A program made the translations under genes and the position numbers. Of a stretch of 64,000 bases of DNA, positions 1-10,180 are shown piece after piece; positions within the stretch are counted from its first letter, which is position 1; each line of letters begins with the position of its first letter. The DNA lies in assembly GCA_013416795.1 (NCBI GenBank), contig RQSC01001135.1, forward strand, positions 41,070-105,069, in the 5' to 3' direction. The notes under the pieces were generated by a model, which saw only the letters and a program-made list of their open reading frames with translations, searched no databases and was not told where the DNA came from. The DNA is from Prasinococcaceae sp. CCMP 1430. Taxonomy: Eukaryota > Plantae > Prasinodermophyta.

Positions 1-529
1 ACGCGCGACCGCAGGCGCGAAGATCTCCATGGCGCGTGTGCGCCGCCTGCCTAGCGTGGCCACGTTGTACACGATCGACAGCCCGCACACCAGGAAAAGC
101 CAGCAGAGCCCTGCGGCGCGCGCGCGAGGGCATGCACGCGCGGCACCTGCCCGTCAGCGGCGGCTCCGGCGGAAGCAGCCGCACTCCTAGCGGTGCAGCG
201 TGCGAGGGCGCCTACTTGCACGCACCGAGCGGTATGTACACAATCGCCGCGATGGGCAGCGAGCGAATGCGCGTTCGCAGCCTTGGCCGGTCGACCGGCC
301 CGGGAGATGACGGTGGCGACGGCTGTGGGGACGGGGGCGCGGAGCGCGGTGCACGCGTGCGCTCGCGCATGCGTCAGCGTCGCTCTTCCGCGCGCTGGCA
401 TCAGCGCTGTAGCACTCTCGTGCCCGCTCGCACGCGGCTGCTGCGCGCCTGTCCTCTCTCACCTGTGCCGCGCCGGCCGTCCCGCCCGGCGCCGCCAGCG
501 CGGCGCAGCCGACGCCGTCGGCGTTCCTC

Positions 530-1459
530 ATGAAGCCGTTCAAGCGCTGCGCGGCGCACGTGTACATCGCGCACATGATCGACTACCAGCAGCAGGTGGG
601 CCGGCACGCCGCCTACCAGCAGCAGTACCGCGCGGGCATGCCTCCGGGCATGCCGGCGACGTTCCAGCCGCCGCCGATGGTGGGGCTGCCGCCGGGCGCG
701 GCGGCGGCGCCGCAGGGGCAGGCGGGCGCGATGGACCAGGGCGCGGCGGCCGCGGCCGCCGTGGCCGCGTCGCAGGCGAGCGCCATAGTTGGTGCGCCGG
801 GTGCCGCCGCGGGCATGCCCTTCGGGCAGCCGCCGGGCAGCGCGCCGCTGCAGGGCGTGCCGATGGCGGCGCAGATGTACGCGCAGCAACTCCAGAACCA
901 GTACGCCATGGGCGCGGGTGCAGGGGCGGGTGGCGCCGTGCCCTTCATGTTCCCGCCGCACATGGCCGCGCAGGCGGGGCTCACGCCGCAGCAGCTGGCG
1001 GCGCAGCAGGGCGCCTTCTTCGGCGCGCTGCAGGGCATGCACGGCCAGATGCCGCCCCACATGCTCGGGCAGATGGGCGGCATGCCGGGGCACGCCGCGG
1101 GCATGCCGGGCCAGCCGGCCATGCCGGGCCAGATGGCGGTGGCCGCAGGCCAGGTCCACCAGGCGGCGCAGGCGGCGCAGGCGGCGCAGGCGGCGCAGGC
1201 GGCGCAGGCCGCGCAGGCGGCGCAGGCCGCGGCGGCTGCACAGATGCAGGCGGCGGGAAGCGCCCCCATGCAAATACCCGGGCAGCTGGCGGGCGCGCCG
1301 CGGGAACCTACAGCAGCTCCGCCGGCTGGCGGGCAGCAGGCGGCCGCCGCCGCAGCCGCAGCGGCTGCTCCGCCCACGACGCCGCGTGGCGCCGACGTGC
1401 GCGCGCGCGCGAGGCGCGCGCGCGCGCACCCAGCGGAGTATTACGGTATGGCAATATAG
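530..1459 (+). CDS. 3' part of a Gln/Ala/Pro-rich protein carrying a TIME FOR COFFEE (TIC)-like motif; upstream exons not resolved and 3' end uncertain
   Basis: KPFKRCAAHVYIAHMIDYQQQ resembles the remembered plant TIC/TICKLE motif KRCATHCYIARNIxxHQQ. It is followed by a low-complexity Q/A/P/G/M region with GC3-rich coding-like codons. Confidence 0.55.
   Translation: MKPFKRCAAHVYIAHMIDYQQQVGRHAAYQQQYRAGMPPGMPATFQPPPMVGLPPGAAAAPQGQAGAMDQGAAAAAAVAASQASAIVGAPGAAAGMPFGQPPGSAPLQGVPMAAQMYAQQLQNQYAMGAGAGAGGAVPFMFPPHMAAQAGLTPQQLAAQQGAFFGALQGMHGQMPPHMLGQMGGMPGHAAGMPGQPAMPGQMAVAAGQVHQAAQAAQAAQAAQAAQAAQAAQAAAAAQMQAAGSAPMQIPGQLAGAPREPTAAPPAGGQQAAAAAAAAAAPPTTPRGADVRARARRARAHPAEYYGMAI
1160..1228 (+). repeat. 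9-bp coding tandem repeat (CAGGCGGCG)n encoding (QAA)n
   Basis: About 7-8 near-perfect units read directly from the sequence. Confidence 0.9.
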
Positions 1460-1759
1460 GGTTTATATACTGTCCCAACACTATTGTTATTTGATACGGA
1501 TGTAACGGCGAGTGGTTTGGGTTTCGTCGGATGGGATGGGGATGGGGGGGGGGGGGGGGGTACCCGCGCGCGCGCGCTTTTTCCCCACGAGAACGCGGAT
1601 TGGCGGAATTCGCGGCGGGAAAGCCGCGCGCGCGCCATCACTCGGCATGCGTTTTCGCGCGGCGAACCGCGCGGGCGAATCGCGCCCCGCGGCGTCGTCG
1701 CGTGGCGTCATCGGGAGGGGAAGCGCGCGACGGGGGGACCGCCCCACGCGTCCGCAGCC

Positions 1760-3453
1760 ATGAGGGCCGCCGCCGCCGTAGCCGCCGCCGCGGCGCTCGC
1801 CGTGACCGGCGCGTCGGCGCTCTGCGTCGACCAGACCGCGCCGCTGCCCGCCGTGAAGTCCACGCACCTGCCCGAGGTGATGGACTTCGCCGCGTTCGAG
1901 CGCACCTTTGCCAAGAAGTACGAGAACGCGGTGGAGCGCATCGAGCGGATGGCCGTGTTCGAGAAGAACCTGGCCATCATCGCCGCGCACAACGGTGAGG
2001 CGTCCGCGCCCTGGCCCGCGCCGAGTCCGACGCGCGCGCCCGCGCGCGCCGCTCGCCCTCGCCTCCCGGGGCGCCGCAAGGACGTTACGCTTTCTATCGC
2101 AGCGAGCGCGCCGCGGGACCGCGCTCGCCGCGGCGTCGGCGACATCTGAGGGCCCAGAGGGAGCGCCTCGCTGCCATGCTGACCCCCTGCACTCCCACCG
2201 CGCCGCGGCCGCGCCTTTCCCTGGCCGCCGCCGCGATGCCCCCCCTCCCCGCGCACGCATATGAACTCACCGCGCCCCTCACCAAACCCTGACCGCCATT
2301 CCCCCGCCACCTCGCGACGCCCGCCTCCCCTGGGGCGCCCGCAGCCCTCGCCGACATCGGCGAGAAGACGTACCGCCTGGGCGTGAACCACTTCGCCGAC
2401 CTGACCGCCGAGGAGTTCGCGCAGCGAACGCTGCAGCCGATGAAGCGCGACCCCGCGCGCAACGCCGAGGTGGAGACTTTCACCCCCGAGGAGATCGAGC
2501 TCGGCAAGAAGAAGGTCAAGGACTGGCGCAAGGAGGGCGCCGTGACCCCGGTCAAAAACCAGGGCCAGTGCGGCTCGTGCTGGGCGTTCTCGACCACCGG
2601 CTCGACGGAGGGCGCGTTTTTCATCGCGACCGGCGAGCTCCGCTCGCTCTCCGAGCAGCAGCTGGTCGACTGCTCGACGGCCGAGGGTGACCACGGCTGC
2701 AACGGCGGCCTGATGGACTTCGGCTTCCAGTACATCCTCGACAACAAGGGCATCGACTCCGAGGAGGACTACGCGTACACCGCTGTGGACGGCACGTGCG
2801 ACTCCACCAAGGAGTCCACGGTCGCCGCTACCATCGACTCGTTCAAGGACGTCAAGGCAGGCTCCGAGGACGACCTCGCCGCGGCCATCCTCAAGCACGG
2901 CCCCGTCTCGGTGGCCATCGAGGCCGACCAGTCGGCGTTCCAGCTCTACAAGAGTGGCATCTTCAACGAGTCGTGCGGCACGCAGCTCGACCACGGCGTG
3001 CTGGCCGTCGGCGTCACCAAGCATGCCTACATCGTCAAGAACTCGTGGGGTGAGTCGTGGGGCTCGGACGGCTACATCATGATGGCACGCAACGTCGGCG
3101 ACTCCGGCATCTGTGGCATCGCCGGCCAGGCCGCGTTCCCCAAGAGGAAGAAGGGCGACGCCCCTCCGGCGCCGGGCCCCTCGCCCGGCCCTAGCCCCAC
3201 GCCGCCGCCCGCGCCTTCCTCGTGTGGCTGCACTGGCCTGGGCGAGTCCATTTGCGAGATGTACAGCCTTCACTGCTGCTGCCAGGACTCGACCACTGTG
3301 TCGTGCTCCGCTGAGGCACCCACCCCGGGCGAGTGCTGCTGCCAGTCGGACAAGTGCTCGACCTCCACCTTCTCCATCGCGTCGCTCATCCCCGACTTTC
3401 TGAGGGGCAAGGTCGCCGCCCCGCGCAAGGCTGGGGCCGCCGCCCAGATGTGA
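1760..3453 (+). CDS. Papain-family (cathepsin L-like, C1A) cysteine protease with signal peptide, I29 prodomain, Pro-rich linker and Cys-rich C-terminal extension; exons 1760-1994 and 2345-3453
   Basis: ERFNIN-like ERIERMAVFEKNLAIIAAHN and VNHFADLT in the prodomain. Catalytic motifs QGQCGSCWAF, LDHGVLAVG, KNSWG. The GT-AG intron splices in frame (HN-ALADIGEKTYRLGVNHF). Confidence 0.95.
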
Positions 3454-3595
3454 GCGCGCTGCGCGCTCGCAGCAACTGCAGTAGCTATCGGCTGCATCTA
3501 TTTTTGCGTTCGGGGTTAAGTTGCCAAACGATTCGCTCATTACCAATGCATCGAACCGATGGCGCCGAGCGGCGGCAGCATGCTCGCTGCAGCCG

Positions 3596-5503
3596 CTACG
3601 TCGCTGTGGTCGCGGCGCCGGCGTCGGTTTCCGCCGGCGCCGCTGTACCGCCGTCAGCTTCGGCCTCCGCTGCATCCCTCGCGGCAGGACCACCCGCCTC
3701 TGCCCCCGCCGCGCCCGCGTCGTCGCCCGTGCCTTCCATTGCTGCCGCCAGGTTGCTCAGCGTCCTCACGATACCGGACTCATCTGGCATCGCCACCACC
3801 TCGATGCGCACGCGCATCTTGGTGTGCCAGCGCTTGTTCGTGAGCACGACATCACCGAGCGGCGCGTCGTCGTCACACTCCCACATCTCCCATCCACGGA
3901 AGTGATACTGCAGGAAGAGCAGCTCCTCGTTCTTCGCGTTCTGCAGGATCCGCCCGTCAGCCACTGCACTGCGAAAGCCCACGCATTTCGCCGGGATGTT
4001 TCGCAACAGCGTGAAGTGGCAGCAAGGATCCGCTGCCGTTGCGGGCAGCTGCATGCATCGCCACGGCCCCGGTGCAGCCGGCGCCTGCGAACCGGGCGCC
4101 TGGCGCGTCACCACGAGTGGATTGGAGGCGTTGCCCTCCTCATCCAGTGGCCAAACGCTCACCACGGCGCTCTGCACCAAGTCGCCGACCGACCGCGGAA
4201 CTGGACAGGGCGCGCGCTTGGGTGCCGCCACTGCCTTCTCCTGCGGGCCCCTGGCGTCGGCGCTTTCGTTGCTGCCACCCTCTTCACCCGTGACGCCCCC
4301 CTCCGCGCCGCTGCCCTTGCCGCCCTTGTGCTTTCCCCCTCCGCGGTTGCGCCGCTTGCCGCGTCGCCGCCCTGTGGGAGGCTTGCCCTCGCCGCCGCCG
4401 CCCGCCGCGCCGCGCCCCACATCGCCCGCGAGGCCACGGCCCCGCCGGTGCGGCGCGCGCGCCTTGCCATTATCGCGCGTGGCTGTTGTGGGCCTGGAGC
4501 CATCGGCCGACGCCAGGTCTTCGTCGACGAGGCCACTGTACGAGCGGAGGTGGCCCTTGATGGCGTCGACCACCTGGAGGCGCAGGTCGCGCCACGCCTC
4601 GTCGGAGAAGCAGCTGCACTGCGGCGTGATGATCAGGTTGGACATGTCACGCAGCCACGCCTCCCCCCAAGCCATCGCCGGTGCGACGTCGAGCGCGACG
4701 CCGCCCAGCGCCCCCCCAAGCAGCGCGCGCTTGAGCGCGCGATCGTTGAAGAGCTCCGCGCTGCACACGCTGACGAGCAGGGCCCCGGGTCGCAGCGCGT
4801 CCACGCAGGCCTGCCCGAAGAAGCCGCCCGTGCGCTCGGTGAGCATGCAATGCATTGAGACAACGTCTGCCTGCGCCACGGCGTGCAGCAACCCCCCCTT
4901 GATCTGTTCCACGCCCTCGGGCGCGCCGTCGCGCGCCCAGTCCGACGGCGCGAAGTCAGGGTGCGCTTCGACGTACGAGACGCGGAAGCCGAAGGGCTTG
5001 GCGCGCAGCGCGAGCTCGCGAGCGATGTCGCCCGTGCCCTGGCCGGACATCACGAGCAGCATGTGCATGCCGGCGCAGCGCCTGCAGCCCTGGAGGGCGA
5101 GCGGAGTCGGCGCCCACAGCGGGCCGCCGAGCGCCGCAGCTTGCGACAGCGTCTGCGTTCGTCTCACGAGCGACAGCACCAGCGCCATCGCCGTCTCGGC
5201 AGCCTCGCGGTGGAGCTCCGTGCCGACGTGGGCGCACTGCAGGCCAAGCTCCTCGGCGAGCTCGCGGTCGGCCTCCGCCTCCATCTCGCTGATGCACACG
5301 GCGAGCATCCCCGGCGAGAGGTGCGCGAGAATCTCCTCAGGAAGGTCGACGAGGCTCAGCACGACGATGGCGGTGGCGTGCGGCAGCAGCGAGGCCAGCT
5401 TGGGGTCTGAGGTGGTCGTGCAATGCACGTCCGCCACGCCCGACAACGCGTCTCGCTCCAGCTGCACCTCTTCGAGGCTATTGATTGCGAGCACGAGGGG
5501 CAT
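3596..5503 (-). CDS. AN: ANGUSTIFOLIA / plant CtBP-like protein (D-2-hydroxyacid dehydrogenase fold plus AN-type C-terminal domain), intronless
   Basis: N-terminus MPLVLAINSLEEVQLERDALSGVA, then AETAMALVLSLVRRTQTLS, ADVVSMHCMLT, IKPG-like LRPGALLV and WGEAWLRDMSNLIITP, all following Arabidopsis AN as remembered. The C-terminal block CVGFRSAVADGRILQ...WEMWE...MRVRIEVVAMPDESGIVR matches the AN-type tail. Confidence 0.88.
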   Translation of the reverse strand: MPLVLAINSLEEVQLERDALSGVADVHCTTTSDPKLASLLPHATAIVVLSLVDLPEEILAHLSPGMLAVCISEMEAEADRELAEELGLQCAHVGTELHREAAETAMALVLSLVRRTQTLSQAAALGGPLWAPTPLALQGCRRCAGMHMLLVMSGQGTGDIARELALRAKPFGFRVSYVEAHPDFAPSDWARDGAPEGVEQIKGGLLHAVAQADVVSMHCMLTERTGGFFGQACVDALRPGALLVSVCSAELFNDRALKRALLGGALGGVALDVAPAMAWGEAWLRDMSNLIITPQCSCFSDEAWRDLRLQVVDAIKGHLRSYSGLVDEDLASADGSRPTTATRDNGKARAPHRRGRGLAGDVGRGAAGGGGEGKPPTGRRRGKRRNRGGGKHKGGKGSGAEGGVTGEEGGSNESADARGPQEKAVAAPKRAPCPVPRSVGDLVQSAVVSVWPLDEEGNASNPLVVTRQAPGSQAPAAPGPWRCMQLPATAADPCCHFTLLRNIPAKCVGFRSAVADGRILQNAKNEELLFLQYHFRGWEMWECDDDAPLGDVVLTNKRWHTKMRVRIEVVAMPDESGIVRTLSNLAAAMEGTGDDAGAAGAEAGGPAARDAAEAEADGGTAAPAETDAGAATTAT

Positions 5504-5941
5504 GAGGCGGTCGCGCGCCCGCCCCGCCCCCGGCCGCGGCGGCAGCGCCGCGGCCGAGGTGGCCAAGCAGAGGCCGCGCGGCGACCTCCCTTTCGAGAGC
5601 ANGCGCGCCCCGCGCGCTGTGGGCCGCGCGGGCCGGGCCGCGCGCGCAAACCCCCGTGTACACACACAACACACACACACACACTCCTCACGCAGGCGCG
5701 CACGCACACGCACACCCGAACACGCACATGCACTGGTCGTGCCGCCACACACTCGCCCGCTCGCTCGCGCACCTCAAACCCGCACGCGCGCGCTCGGGGA
5801 ACGCTCCCGGTGTCAGGGTCTCCAAAATCCCCATGAGATCCCATTCATGTTTGAAGTTTGGGGCGTGTGGAAACCCCAAACACGGTGGCGCGCGCGGGGC
5901 GGGGCGGGGCGGGGCGGGGCGCCTCCCCGCCGACCGAGAGC

Positions 5942-6248
5942 AAAAAAAAAAAAAAAAAAAAGGGTTTCCCGGAATGGTCATCCAAAATGGCCATCCTTCC
6001 CGGAATGGCCATCCGTCGGATGACCCTTTTGGGGATTTTCCCACAACGGATGACCATTCCGGGGAAAAAGGCATCAAGGATGACTGATTCGGGATTATTT
6101 GGCGCAGGGGGTGACTGATCTGGGATTAATAATTGGGACAGGGATGACTGATGCGGGATTCATCGCACAGCGGATGACTGATCTGGGATTATTTGTCGCA
6201 CAGGATGACTGATCTGGGATTTGAGTGTCCCGGAAAAAAAAAAAAAAC
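5942..6248. repeat. Lower-GC intergenic repeat block: poly-A flanks, a 16-bp perfect inverted repeat and five about 31-33-bp tandem units
   Basis: A20 at 5942-5961. CCCGGAATGGTCATCC (5968-5983) is the exact reverse complement of 6048-6063. Five units with core GATGACTGATCTGGGATT or close variants at about 6078-6222. A-run at about 6234-6247. Confidence 0.8.
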
Positions 6249-6382
6249 AAGGGAAAAATGGGGTCGGATGCGCTTTGATGGCCGAGCGCGCATAACGCCG
6301 CGCGCGCGCATAAGGGTTTGGCCGGCTCGGCCATCAGAACGCACTCGCGCGCCGCGCGGGGCCCCCACCGGCGCGCGCCCAG

Positions 6383-6896
6383 GAGGCGCGCGTGGCCGTG
6401 CGCGGGCGCGGCGAGCGCGGCGAGGTGGCCGCCGCGGCGGTGTTCGACTGCACGGGCTTCGCGCGCGCGCTGGTGGAGTACGAGCCCGGCGAGGTGCACG
6501 AGCCGGGCTACCAGGTGACGTACGGCGCCTTCCTCGAGATCGAGGCGGGCACGTGCCCGTGGCCGATGCACCAGGCGCTGCTCATGGACTGGAGCGACGG
6601 CCACCTCGACGCGGCGGGGCGCGCGCGCAACGAGGAGGAGCCGTCCTTCCTGTACGCCATGCCGTTCTCGCCCACGCGCATCTTCGTGGAGGAGACCTCG
6701 CTGGTGGCCAAGCCGCCGGTGAGCAGCGCCGAGCTCGAGCGCCGCCTCGAGGCGCGGCTGGCCGGGCTGGGCGTGCGGGTGGTCGCCGTGCTCGAGGACG
6801 AGCGCGCCATGATCCCCATGGGGTCGGCCATCCCGGCGCTCGGCCAGCGCGTGGTCCCCTTCGGCGGCGCGGCGGGCACCGTCCACCCGTCGACCG
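6383..6896 (+). CDS. LCYB: Lycopene beta-cyclase, isolated internal exon (5' and 3' exons absent from the window)
   Basis: VFDCTGF, PGYQVTYG, LLMDW, PSFLYAMPFSPTRIFVEETSLVAKP, EDERAMIPMG, FGGAAGTVHPSTG. Bounded by a CAG acceptor and a GTGAGT donor. Confidence 0.85.
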
Positions 6897-7206
6897 GTGA
6901 GTCCCTTTGTCGTCGTGATGCGGAGCGCGCGCTCTCTCTCTCTCTCGCGCGCGCGCGCACGCGCGGCCGCGCCGCGCCCGCCCGCTCTCCGTCGTCCGCC
7001 CCTTCCCCTCCACCTCGCCCGCCCTGTCGGCACTCTTTTTTCCCAACTACCGCTGCACCTCCACCACCTGCCTCGGCGCGCCGCGTGCGCCCAGTGTGCC
7101 CCCTTGGCCCCCGCACGCGCTGACAGCCCTCGCTGCGCGCGCGCGTGCGCTTTGGGTGTGCGGCGGCTGTTCGGACGCGGCTGGTGGTGCTCGCGCGCAC
7201 TCACAG

Positions 7207-7726
7207 TGGTGCCCAGTGGGGTGACGACGATCGCGCCCCCTACCAGCAGGACGCTGGCTACGGCGGCCCCTGGGGCGGCGGCGGCGGCGGCGGCTTCGGC
7301 GGCGGCCGCATGGGCGGCGGCTTCCGCGGCGGCGATGTTCGCCCCGGCGACTGGACGTGCCCGAGCTGCGGCGCCAACGTGTTCGCGTCCAAGAGCAACT
7401 GCTTCCGCTGCCAGACGCCGCGCCCCGAGGGCGCCGGTGCTGCGCCGCCCCAGGGCGGTGATGGCTACGGCGGCGGTGGCTACGGCGGCGGCCAGGACTA
7501 CGGCGGCAACTTCGGAGGCGGCGGTGGCTTCGGCGGCGGCGGCTTCGGCGGCGGCCGCGGCAACGTCCGCCCCGGCGACTGGACGTGCCCGAGCTGCGGC
7601 GCCAACGTGTTCGCGTCCAAGAGCAACTGCTTCCGCTGCCAGACGCCCAAGCCAGTCGGCGAAGCCGGCGCCGGCGGAGGCTTCGATCAGCAGTACGGTG
7701 GCCAGCCCCAGCAGGGCTACTACTAA
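7207..7726 (+). CDS. Last exon of a Gly-rich RNA-binding protein with two RanBP2-type zinc fingers
   Basis: Two copies of [27 protein letters not shown] (W-x-C-x2-C-x3-N-x6-C-x2-C pattern, V in place of N) in GGGF/GGGY-rich linkers. CAG acceptor at 7204-7206. Upstream exons not found. Confidence 0.85.
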
Positions 7727-8033
7727 GCAGCCTTTGGTGCCACTGAGGCGTCAACGGCAGCGGTGATGTGTGCGCTCGGTAGTTGTGGTGAATTTGGCGA
7801 ATGAGGTCAGGATGGCGGTGGTCGGCGGCGAAGTTTTGCGGGCGGCTAGCTACATGGTGTGATGGTGAGCGAATGGGCGCATGCAGTGGCGATGGATGTA
7901 CACACGCTGGCCACGGGCGCGGGCGCGCCCTCCCCCACACGTGCGTGCAGCCGTGGGGGGGTGCGGCAATGCGCACGTGCACGAGAGGCGGCGACCTTAG
8001 TGGAGGAGGGCTGATTATCAAACGAAGGGGGAA

Positions 8034-8177
8034 GGGGGTGGCATGCGATGCGACAAGTAGTGGCTGCGGGCAGTGGTGTAGACGTGCGGTGGCGGCAAAC
8101 GAAGGGTGAGGAGCGGGGGTGGCATGCGACGAGATATGTATGGCTGCGGGCAGTGGCGGAGGCGTGCGGTGGCGGCA
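8034..8177. repeat. Degenerate tandem duplication with a period of about 81 bp in lower-GC intergenic DNA
   Basis: GGGGGTGGCATGCGA...TGGCTGCGGGCAGTGG...CGTGCGGTGGCGGCA starts at both 8034 and 8115. Confidence 0.65.
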
Positions 8178-8487
8178 GGATCGGGGACAAATGTCGGGGA
8201 TTTCGTGGTTTGAGCACGAGCGACGGTGAGGGACAAGTATAGACGCGGGTGGTGGGGCGATGAAGCGACAAGGACCGACAAAGAAGAATTGACTGGGGGC
8301 AGCCAGTGGGGCAGGCGCTCGCTGCTCTCGCGCAGCGAATCGTTGTGGTCGGGGACTGTAACGAATGCCGAGAGTGTCTGCAGTGGCCTGGGTCGCACGC
8401 GCCGTCGAGCGAGTGCGCGAGCGTCACCCGGTTGCGCAGGACGGGATCGCCGCTGTCCCTCGCCCGCGTGCCTGTTCGCCTCTGCGT

Positions 8488-9988
8488 TCACGACATGAGG
8501 GCAGTGAGCGTGGCCTCGCCCTGCGCGCCCTCCCGGCCCCCGAGACTGGCGATGCGCTCAGCAGCTCTCGCCGCCCTGGCCGCCGCGCTGGCGCCGAGCG
8601 CGCTGGCACCCTCCGCGCCACAGCCGTCGGCGAGCGCCTCGAGCGCGGCCGCCACAGCGTTGGCTGCCGGTGCGGCGGCAGCGAGCGCCGCGGGCACGCG
8701 AGCGCACACCAGAGCACGCGCTGCGGGCTCGCCGCCGCACAGGGCAAGCTCCTCCACCAGCCGCGCTGCCTCCTCCGCTGTGGCCTCACCCCCGAACGTC
8801 ACCAGCCTGTGCAGCTCCGCTGGCGCGCCCGCCTTGAGCGCGCGCTCCGCGATGGCCTTCGCCATGATAGGCGGTCCCGCGCGCGCACCCGCCAGCGTGT
8901 GCGCAAGTGCGGCGGTGGCCTCGCGGCGCGTGGCCGCCCCGCCGGCGTGCGCCGCCTGCGCGCGCGCGCACGCGTGACGCACAGTACTACGTTAGCACGC
9001 GCAGACACGACTGGCTCGGACGGCAGCTCCGCCCGCGAGGGGGTGCGGGGACAGCCCGCGTGCATGGGCGCGCAGGCGGCCCCATCGCACCTGCAAAATC
9101 CTACCGATCGCCGCTTCGGTGGCAAGCGCCGAGCCGGCTGCGCGTGAGCGAGCGAGCGAAGCAAGTGCTGCGGCTGCGTGCGGCGAGGGCAGCTGCCGCA
9201 GGCAGCGCTGTGCCGCTTCGTGTTCCTTGAGCTGCTCGCGGGCCCGTGCGTCGCAGGCGAGCACTCCCACCGCATGGCAAGCGGCCTCGCACAGCGCCGC
9301 CTGCCCAAGCGCAGCCTCGTTGTCTCCGCCGTCGCTTTCGTCCTCTTCCGAGCCGGCGCTCTGGAGCGGCGACTCTCCGTCCCACGGCTCGCCGACGGCG
9401 CGCGCGGCTGCGCCGACCGACCCGGCCGCCACGAGCTGCTGCCTGAGCGCCTCAAATTCGCCTCGGCGCTCCGCGCTGCCCGCGGCGGCGACTTGATCGT
9501 CGTCGGCTGCGAGGGCGGCCACGGCGCGCAGCGCGAGCGCGCGAGCGCCCGTTCCGCTGCGCGGGCTCAACAGCAAGGCGGAGACCAGACCGAGCACCCC
9601 GCTGCCCGCGATGCGCCCGCGGCACTGCGGCGCGCGCTGAGCGCATTCGACGAGGGCGTCCAGCGCCGCAGCGGCGCTCTCGCGCATCTGCCCGCTCACA
9701 GCTGCCACGAGAGCCTGCGTGAGGCCGCCGCTGTGCTCGCCGTGCACGGCGTTGAGTAACTCGTCCACGCAGCCCGCATCGCACATCGCAGCCGCGCCGC
9801 CAGGCTGCCGCGCCACGTCCGCGAGCGCGCGTGCGGCCGCGACGGCCTCGGCCTCGGACTCGCTGCGACCGGCGCGTGCGGCGCGAGCGGGCGCGTGCAC
9901 GGTCAATGAGCGCGGCGCGGCCGCCGCCGTCGGCGCCGCTGCTGTCGTCGACGCCGCTGGCGCTGCCTTGCGTCACTGCCTGCCCCAT
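8488..9988 (-). CDS. Ala-rich alpha-helical (ARM/HEAT-like) repeat protein; intron 9090-8956; start codon uncertain
   Basis: ORFs 8992-9906 and 8488-8982 splice in frame (ILQ-AAHAGG) through a GT..AG intron with a CTAAC branch point. Helical repeats such as GRIAGSGVLGLVSALL and EAACHAVGVLACD. The candidate MGQ start at 9988 is out of frame without an additional intron or indel. Confidence 0.5.
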
Positions 9989-10180
9989 CGGCAGCCGCCC
10001 GCGTCGCCGCTCGCGCGCGGTGTGGTTGCCAGCACCCGTCGCCGCCGGAACGAACGCTTTCCCCACCGGAACGCTCGGGAAAAAGGAGCCGCGCACACGC
10101 CACAGCAGCAGGCGCTAGCGCGCGCGGCGGGGGGGGGGGGGGGGGGGGGGGGAGGGACCGGTGGTGGGCGGTCCGCCGCG

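Noticed and set aside
6078-6222. CRISPR-like repeat-spacer appearance
   Set aside because: The linkers are only 11-14 nt and partly similar to each other, the repeats vary, the context is eukaryotic, and there are no cas genes.
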